A stretch of 42,844 bases of DNA, taken from a virus. Lineage: Duplodnaviria; Caudoviricetes. Under the pieces are notes generated by a model, which saw nothing but the letters and a program-made list of their open reading frames with translations, was not told the origin of the DNA and searched no databases. The position numbers and the translations under genes are program-made. Below are positions 37,688 to 42,844 of this stretch, one piece after another; positions within the stretch are counted from its first letter, which is position 1; every line of letters starts with the position of its first letter. The stretch covers positions 1 through 42,844 of the IMG/VR virus record IMGVR_UViG_3300017909_001134. One strand, written 5' to 3'.

Positions 37688-37719
37688 TTTAAATTTAATA
37701 ATAACTTGACAAGTTGCAA
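37688..37719 (-). promoter_or_regulatory. Late-type promoter TTGCAA-N16-TAAATT
   Basis: TTATTATTAAATTTAAA, matching two other late sites. Confidence 0.6.
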
Positions 37720-37768
37720 CTATATATAATAATATTATCTATCCCCCCTATTTAGCCCGGTTGAATTT

Positions 37769-37960
37769 TATAATAGTACTATAGTATATATAGTATAGTA
37801 GTATATATAGTATTTATAGTATTAATAGTATTTATATATATTATATATATTATTATATATTATATATATTATATATTATATATATATTATATATATATAG
37901 TAATTATAGTATATAGTATATATAGTATCCCGAGCTCTATATTATAGTACCCGCCTTAGT
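37769..37960. repeat. TA/TAGTA low-complexity tract (candidate origin or terminus region)
   Basis: 71 nt of pure A/T (37829-37899) flanked by more than ten TAGTA units. Confidence 0.7.
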
Positions 37961-38092
37961 AAGCGATCCAAAAAACTTTAAAAAATTTCAGAAAAAAATA
38001 TTAGTATGTGTGTTTCTCTTTTTTTATACAGGTATACCCCCCTAAACCATTTTAAGATTAGAAAAAGTAAGTTAGAAAAAGTAAATAAAAAG

Positions 38093-38210
38093 TAATGTAT
38101 AGATAAATCTATACGTTATTAAATAATTAAATAAGAATGTATATCTAAAGATATACGTTATATATAATTAAAATAATAATGTATAGCTAAAGCTATCCAT
38201 ATCTATACGT
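38093..38210 (+). repeat. Three 42-bp-period hairpin repeats
   Basis: AATGTATA-NN-TAAA-N'N'-TAT.. units start at 38094, 38136 and 38178. Confidence 0.8.
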
Positions 38211-38251
38211 CGCAAAAAATTTTTCAGGTCGTCGCAGTTTTTGGGATGGCA

Positions 38252-38286
38252 GGCTGGGAATTGATTTCTAAGTATCATTCCCAGCC
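38252..38286 (-). terminator. Hairpin downstream of the DUF932 gene
   Basis: GGCTGGGAAT / ATTCCCAGCC; no adjacent U-tract. Confidence 0.45.
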
Positions 38287-38302
38287 CATAAAAGTAGGTA
38301 GG

Positions 38303-39304
38303 TTAAGAGGTAGGGAGCTCTAGCTCATATTGGTTAGGGTCAGAAATAATTCCACGATTTAGAGACTTTCCATAATTCATCATTCCATCTACAACTAATG
38401 CATTATTCTTAAATGATGCGGTAGTCATTTTTTTCTGATGCCATAAAACATTCGTACCAGCATTGAATAAGTCATAAGCTGTAAATGCATTACTATCTGT
38501 AACCATACCATCATCAAACATTTTATCCATCATCTGAGCATATTGTTGTGCTGGTAACTTTCCAAGATATTCATCATTTTGTCTAATCTTAGATAAATCC
38601 TGTAATGTAATTGGACTTAGTAAATTAGACATGTCATTTGCAAACCTAGTAGGTAGTGATTCAATCTGTTTACCTTTTAGGATAGAACCAGCTTTTATAA
38701 TGTTCTGTTCCCAATCAATACCATTAGTGTTATAATGTCTAAAGTCAATACCCCAGCCATACTCTTTAGATGTTTGACCATTTAGACAAGCCAATCTCAT
38801 TAGGAATAATTGGATACCAGCTTTTAAACTACCGTCGTATGAGTTGTTCATCATCATACAAATACCCATAACATCACCAATTTCAGGAACTTTAACTTCC
38901 AGCCCAGCATCTTCAATTTGCCATACATATCTAAATTGCTTTCCATTAAAGAACTTTTTTATAGGCTTAAAAGATAATCCTGAAATATCTATAATACCCT
39001 GAGCTACCTCCATAAGTTGCTTATTAGGTACTAATAGGTAATTCTCACCAACAACACCCATTTCAACTTCTTTACCATCTTTTTCTAACCTTACAGAATG
39101 AGCTCTGGAATAGCCTCCCATATCTGTAGTTAATGGCACTTTGTTAATTGGTAAGAATGCATCTAAATCACCACCAACATTTGGTAGGTCAGATTCTGTA
39201 TGTATTTCAGAAATTTTCTGAATTTCAGAATTTACCTGATTTTCAGAATATACCTGAACTTGTGAAGTGATGTCATTATTTGGATTTAAAGTAAAGTTGC
39301 TCAT
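38303..39304 (-). CDS. DUF932/DUF945-family protein (likely start MSNFTLNP at 39304)
   Basis: GVVGENY..VPN, NSYDGS and R.AC.NG motifs; AAAGGAC RBS before 39304. Confidence 0.8.
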   Translation of the reverse strand: MSNFTLNPNNDITSQVQVYSENQVNSEIQKISEIHTESDLPNVGGDLDAFLPINKVPLTTDMGGYSRAHSVRLEKDGKEVEMGVVGENYLLVPNKQLMEVAQGIIDISGLSFKPIKKFFNGKQFRYVWQIEDAGLEVKVPEIGDVMGICMMMNNSYDGSLKAGIQLFLMRLACLNGQTSKEYGWGIDFRHYNTNGIDWEQNIIKAGSILKGKQIESLPTRFANDMSNLLSPITLQDLSKIRQNDEYLGKLPAQQYAQMMDKMFDDGMVTDSNAFTAYDLFNAGTNVLWHQKKMTTASFKNNALVVDGMMNYGKSLNRGIISDPNQYELELPTS

Positions 39305-39357
39305 ATCTGAGTCCTTTCGTTTTTTGTTTTTATTTGTGAACATCTTGTTCATGCTCT

Positions 39358-39386
39358 TAATACTATTAATGTATAAAAAAGTTTCA
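39358..39386 (-). promoter_or_regulatory. Variant ECF-like promoter TGAAAC-N16-AGTATTA for the DUF932 gene
   Basis: Same 16-nt spacing and T-run after the -35 box as the plus-strand copies. Confidence 0.5.
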
Positions 39387-39435
39387 TATTTTTTAAAAAA
39401 AAATATTTTTTGTATTTTTGTAAAAATTATACGGT

Positions 39436-39553
39436 TTGTGCACGTTGCTAGAATTTTATTTATTTATTGGAAATTGTGCACGTTGCTATTTTTTTAATGA
39501 TTTCTGTAAAATATAGCATATTGTGTAATATATTTAGATTGTGCACGTCGCTA
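39436..39553. repeat. Three direct repeats TTGTGCACGT(T/C)GCTA
   Basis: Copies at 39436-39450, 39474-39488 and 39539-39553. Confidence 0.85.
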
Positions 39554-39685
39554 TTTATACATAATCGATCAAATATTATGTAATAAATCCTATCCTTATA
39601 AGCATATTATATAATAGATTTAAAATAGCCACACTCTAGGCATACACTCTAAGCTAAAATAAATATAATTTTTTTAATATTTTTT

Positions 39686-39713
39686 GGAACTTTTTTAATA
39701 CTATATCGTATAG
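39686..39713 (+). promoter_or_regulatory. ECF-like promoter GGAAC-N16-CGTATAG
   Basis: Repeated motif. Confidence 0.8.
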
Positions 39714-39745
39714 TATATATAATAAAAACAAAAGGAGTTTTAAAC

Positions 39746-39928
39746 ATGACAATATTAGAGATAGCAAAATTAAAAGTTAATTTAGACAGACTTGAATATT
39801 TAAGAGATAAATACGGACTTGATGAAGATTACACATTCCTTAAAATATTAGATAGTATAGAAAGAATGCATAATAAATACGACAAAGAACAAAGAGAAAT
39901 AATTAATCAATATAAAAATAATAAATAA
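39746..39928 (+). CDS. Small early protein
   Basis: AAGGAG RBS; has its own promoter and terminator. Confidence 0.7.
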   Translation: MTILEIAKLKVNLDRLEYLRDKYGLDEDYTFLKILDSIERMHNKYDKEQREIINQYKNNK

Positions 39929-39932
39929 AAAT

Positions 39933-39954
39933 AGAGGGGGCGAAAGCCCCCTTT
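39933..39954 (+). terminator. Terminator-like hairpin AGGGGGC-GAAA-GCCCCCT-TT
   Basis: GC stem, GNRA loop, short U-tract. Confidence 0.65.
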
Positions 39955-39963
39955 AAAAAATTT

Positions 39964-39991
39964 GGAACTTTTAAAAATAAGTAACGTATAA
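39964..39991 (+). promoter_or_regulatory. ECF-like promoter GGAAC-N16-CGTATAA
   Basis: Repeated motif. Confidence 0.8.
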
Positions 39992-40013
39992 AAAATAAAC
40001 AAAAGGAATTAAC

Positions 40014-40238
40014 ATGAAAATAAATGAAAAATATATTGGCGAATATCAGTGTGAGTTTGGAGAAGAAGTACTATTTACAATAGTTAAAAGGAATGATAAT
40101 GAATTATTTGCGGGTACTATTTGTAATGCTGGTATGATATATGAATACGGCTGGAAGATAGATGATACATTTAGTACAGATGAAAATTTAAATGATTTTA
40201 TAGATTACATAAATGAGAGAGAAGAAAGAAGAATATAA
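40014..40238 (+). CDS. Small acidic early protein
   Basis: AAGGA RBS. Confidence 0.75.
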   Translation: MKINEKYIGEYQCEFGEEVLFTIVKRNDNELFAGTICNAGMIYEYGWKIDDTFSTDENLNDFIDYINEREERRI

Positions 40239-40246
40239 AATAAATT

Positions 40247-40274
40247 GGAACTTTATTTAATTAACGTAGTATAA
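40247..40274 (+). promoter_or_regulatory. ECF-like promoter GGAAC-N16-AGTATAA
   Basis: Repeated motif with one substitution. Confidence 0.75.
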
Positions 40275-40299
40275 ACAATAAACAAAGGACATAAAACAA

Positions 40300-40494
40300 A
40301 TGAGACAATTCGACAAATACAAGCAGAATCTAAGAGCAACAGATAATTATATATATAGCTATGAAACCAAGGTTGCAGAGATAGACCATGAAACAAGAAC
40401 AATTAAGCCCCTTGGTTGGTGGTCTATGACAACATCAAAGCACATAAATTATGTGGGTTCTGAGTACGGATACGAAGTACAGAAAGTAAAGTAA
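40300..40494 (+). CDS. Conserved small phage early protein (YSYETKVA...WSMTTSKHIN)
   Basis: SY.T.VA...S.TTSKHIN pattern seen in many phage early regions. Confidence 0.75.
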   Translation: MRQFDKYKQNLRATDNYIYSYETKVAEIDHETRTIKPLGWWSMTTSKHINYVGSEYGYEVQKVK

Positions 40495-40523
40495 ATTACA
40501 TAATAAATAAAGGAGTACAAAAA

Positions 40524-40712
40524 ATGAAGTGGGTAATAAGATGTGTATCTGATAAAAATTTATATTGGAATAATAATGAAGGATGGATGAAAACAACAAT
40601 TGAAAATCAAGATGAATTAAATGGATATGCAGAAGTTTACACAAACACAGAAAGAAAAATGAACAATTTACCCATAGATGGAGAATGGGTACGATATACA
40701 GAAAATAAATAG
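40524..40712 (+). CDS. Small early protein
   Basis: AAGGAG RBS; YWNN..GW...LPIDGEWV. Confidence 0.7.
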   Translation: MKWVIRCVSDKNLYWNNNEGWMKTTIENQDELNGYAEVYTNTERKMNNLPIDGEWVRYTENK

Positions 40713-40717
40713 ATTAC

Positions 40718-40912
40718 ATGAGCAAAATTAAATACAAAAAGATCGGAGTAAAAATATCTGAGAAAGTATTTAGAGATATAAAAAATACTCTAATAACTAA
40801 AGGAATGGCAGATAATATAAATGGGATAGCTGACCAAGTTTTAGTAAAAATAATAAAGAGTATGACAGACAAAGAAAAAGAAGTAGAAATAAAATACAAA
40901 ACAGAAAAATAA
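40718..40912 (+). CDS. Small basic early protein (possibly DNA-binding)
   Basis: Beta-alpha-alpha-like pattern; operon packing. Confidence 0.6.
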   Translation: MSKIKYKKIGVKISEKVFRDIKNTLITKGMADNINGIADQVLVKIIKSMTDKEKEVEIKYKTEK

Positions 40913-40915
40913 TAC

Positions 40916-40943
40916 GGAACTTTATTTGATTAGTTGCGTATAA
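40916..40943 (+). promoter_or_regulatory. ECF-like promoter GGAAC-N16-CGTATAA
   Basis: Repeated motif. Confidence 0.8.
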
Positions 40944-40969
40944 TAAGAAACAAACAGAAAGGACATAAC

Positions 40970-41209
40970 ATGACAGAAAAAGAATTTGAAAAAGCAACAG
41001 AAGGAATTACCTATAAAATGGTAGAATCTATGGGCAGTTCAGAAATCGTTAATCATACAGAAGGCTACCACTTATACAGATATTCAAACGATGACACAAA
41101 CGAAGGAGATGCGGGAATTGTAGTACTTATAGAGAATGAAACAGATGAAGAACTAGCAGTTGTATTATTAGATAAGGATGAAGAATTATTATTCGATATG
41201 TTAATTTAA
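40970..41209 (+). CDS. Acidic early protein (start ATG 40970)
   Basis: AAAGGAC RBS before 40970. The ORF-track start lies in the promoter. Confidence 0.7.
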   Translation: MTEKEFEKATEGITYKMVESMGSSEIVNHTEGYHLYRYSNDDTNEGDAGIVVLIENETDEELAVVLLDKDEELLFDMLI

Positions 41210-41212
41210 TTT

Positions 41213-41240
41213 GGAACTTTTAATAAATACAGACGTATAA
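41213..41240 (+). promoter_or_regulatory. ECF-like promoter GGAAC-N16-CGTATAA
   Basis: Repeated motif. Confidence 0.8.
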
Positions 41241-41260
41241 AAAGAAAACAAGGAGATAAC

Positions 41261-41428
41261 ATGACAAAAACATTTGACGAAATAGTACAATGGCTAAGAG
41301 ATAGGAACGCAGATGAAAACAACGAGTGTTCCGATACTTGGCTAGTTGCAGAGGCTTATTCCCTAGGAGAAATAGACCTAGATGAAAAGAGTAGAGGATA
41401 TATAATAAACAAGGAGATAAAACAATGA
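41261..41428 (+). CDS. Small early protein (55 aa, MTKTFDEIVQWLRD...), not in ORF track
   Basis: AAGGAG RBS; ATGA overlap with the next gene. Confidence 0.7.
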   Translation: MTKTFDEIVQWLRDRNADENNECSDTWLVAEAYSLGEIDLDEKSRGYIINKEIKQ

Positions 41429-41745
41429 AGAGAACAATAACAGAACATGAATTTATAGACGGCTTTAAAGGTAGCTATGCAGATAGTTTTACCTATGAAG
41501 GAAAGAAAGCACTCTATGAATACTTTACACAACTAGAAGAAGATACTAGTTTTGAGATAGAATACGACCCGATTGCAATACATTGCGAGTATACAGAATA
41601 CGATGATTTTACAGAATTTTTAGAAGATTATGAGGACTATGCCAAAGAGCACAATATAAAAGAGATAGATGATATTGCAGAGCATACACAATTAATAAGG
41701 TACGATGGTGGACTAGACCATAAATTTATAATACAACAATTCTAA
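41425..41745 (+). CDS. Very acidic conserved early protein (possible DNA mimic)
   Basis: FTYEG..ALYEY...E.DPIAI.CEY.EY; strong D/E excess. Confidence 0.7.
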   Translation: MKRTITEHEFIDGFKGSYADSFTYEGKKALYEYFTQLEEDTSFEIEYDPIAIHCEYTEYDDFTEFLEDYEDYAKEHNIKEIDDIAEHTQLIRYDGGLDHKFIIQQF

Positions 41746-41768
41746 ATAAACAAAGAAAGGAAAAAACA

Positions 41769-42089
41769 ATGGACATAATACAATTATCATATCATAGGAA
41801 CGGAGTTTGTGGAGATGGATTCTATACAGGAATCATTAAGACAGAGGACAATGAAAGGAAAGTATTTACTCACTTTCCAGATTGTAACGAAGAAGGAGAA
41901 ATAATACATGGGGATAATTGCAGAACGGCAATACTAGACCTAGATATATTAAAAGAGAAAGAGGATACTAGATTCTTTCATAACTCATGGAGAGGCGACC
42001 ACTACCACGATTTTATTGTAGATGCGATTATAGACTACAACAAAGAAATTGTAAAAAAGTGGGAACAAAACAATAAAGAACTAGTATAA
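41769..42089 (+). CDS. Early hypothetical protein (HRNGVCG...NSWRGD)
   Basis: AAAGGA RBS. Confidence 0.75.
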   Translation: MDIIQLSYHRNGVCGDGFYTGIIKTEDNERKVFTHFPDCNEEGEIIHGDNCRTAILDLDILKEKEDTRFFHNSWRGDHYHDFIVDAIIDYNKEIVKKWEQNNKELV

Positions 42090-42110
42090 AGGGTAAAGAA
42101 AGGAAATAAT

Positions 42111-42404
42111 ATGTATGACGATATTAAATTAACAAGTGGGGATAAAAAGAAAATAGTATCCGAACTAGTCCCGATATACGATAAAGTAAAAAAGAAAACT
42201 CATATTGAAGAGTATCATCATATTACTTTAGATAATGGGATAGTAGTTGATGGGTGGATTAGAAACGCTAGTGGCTGGGAATTAGAAGAGGATGATGGAA
42301 AAGTTATATGTGCAGTATTCCCTACTCACCTTGAAGATGACTTTCGTGTTACTGATTCTTGTTATACTATTTGGGAGTTTGACATAAATGAAGAAAGGAA
42401 TTAA
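42111..42404 (+). CDS. Acidic early hypothetical protein
   Basis: AAAGGA RBS. Confidence 0.7.
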   Translation: MYDDIKLTSGDKKKIVSELVPIYDKVKKKTHIEEYHHITLDNGIVVDGWIRNASGWELEEDDGKVICAVFPTHLEDDFRVTDSCYTIWEFDINEERN

Positions 42405-42405
42405 T

Positions 42406-42696
42406 ATGTATAAATACAAAGTAAATCTAAGGCATGAACCTAACCCCGATATAGAGTATGCAAATGGTAGTGGGTATTGGGGATTACCTACGGACAAAAA
42501 AGAAATTACCATTAAGGCTAATACATTACGAGAAGTACAAGATAAGTTTGATGATTGGAAGAATAGAAATGAATTAGGTGGTGGCAATGTACCCTACATT
42601 TACATACGAGATACAGAAAACAATAAGATTGCACATATAAGTTATAATTGTAGGATATGGGATATGAACGACAATGAAATAACAGAGGAATTATAA
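42406..42696 (+). CDS. Early hypothetical protein (NPD...LGGGN...ISYNCRIW); start ATG 42406
   Basis: AAAGGA RBS precedes 42406. Confidence 0.7.
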   Translation: MYKYKVNLRHEPNPDIEYANGSGYWGLPTDKKEITIKANTLREVQDKFDDWKNRNELGGGNVPYIYIRDTENNKIAHISYNCRIWDMNDNEITEEL

Positions 42697-42697
42697 T

Positions 42698-42844
42698 ATG
42701 AGAATAGAAGATAAAATAAGTAAGATAGCTGATTGGATTTCTAATGAATCACAAGACAGATACGAAGAAGTAGAATGGCTTTTGTATTCTGTTTATCAAC
42801 CTAAGAAATCAGGTCTAACACGAGATATAGACGATGATTATGAA
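42698..42844 (+). CDS. Small early hypothetical protein (58 aa, MRIEDKISKIADW...NYKKGE) spanning the circular junction and ending at TAA 169-171
   Basis: ATG at 42698 just after the upstream stop. The frame stays open through the repeat and continues in 1-171. Confidence 0.75.
   Translation, partial: MRIEDKISKIADWISNESQDRYEEVEWLLYSVYQPKKSGLTRDIDDDYE
42704..42844. repeat. Terminal direct repeat, copy 2
   Basis: Identical to 1-141. Confidence 0.95.

Noticed and set aside
38093-38210. Mini-CRISPR array
   Set aside because: The 18-nt linkers resemble each other and are nearly all A/T, the repeats vary internally, and there is no cas operon.
39267-39497. 76-aa plus-strand ORF in the control region
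   Set aside because: Low-complexity F/L/I translation of AT-rich DNA that overlaps the promoter and repeats.
42704-42844. 141-bp terminal repeat as a biological direct terminal repeat
   Set aside because: It falls inside a gene and its length equals a common assembler k-mer, so it most likely marks circular assembly only.
1-42844. Stop-codon reassignment, tRNAs or auxiliary metabolic genes
   Set aside because: Genes are intact and densely packed under the standard code; no cloverleaf or metabolic enzyme was recognised by eye.

Overview
This window is almost certainly a complete, AT-rich, ~42.7 kb genome of a tailed dsDNA bacteriophage. Bases 1-141 are repeated exactly at 42704-42844, and one ORF runs across that junction. 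The minus strand (7487-37719) carries a podovirus-like late module: TerS, TerL, an M15 endolysin, P22-like portal, scaffold, major capsid protein, adaptors, a multi-LamG receptor-binding protein, a nozzle and three ejection-type proteins. The plus strand (39746-42844 continuing to 1-7490) carries many small early genes and a few DNA-metabolism genes: HNH, a Cas4-like exonuclease, a second PD-(D/E)XK nuclease, an Hjc-like protein and SSB-like proteins. I recognise no polymerase, primase, helicase, integrase, sigma factor, tRNA or CRISPR array. The most unusual signals are: (i) six early promoters with an exact GGAAC-N16-(C/A)GTATA ECF-sigma-type spacing, plus a variant seventh, while late operons share a different TTAAATT motif; (ii) three 42-bp-periodic hairpins with compensatory base changes in the divergent control region; (iii) structured intergenic RNAs, one exposing a loop complementary to early-gene ribosome-binding leaders; (iv) a stand-alone lambda-gpH-C-terminus-like protein with eight [YM]xxGG motifs also seen in an ejection protein; and (v) an ADP-ribosyltransferase-like gene between TerS and TerL. 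All family calls come from manual motif recognition, not database searches.
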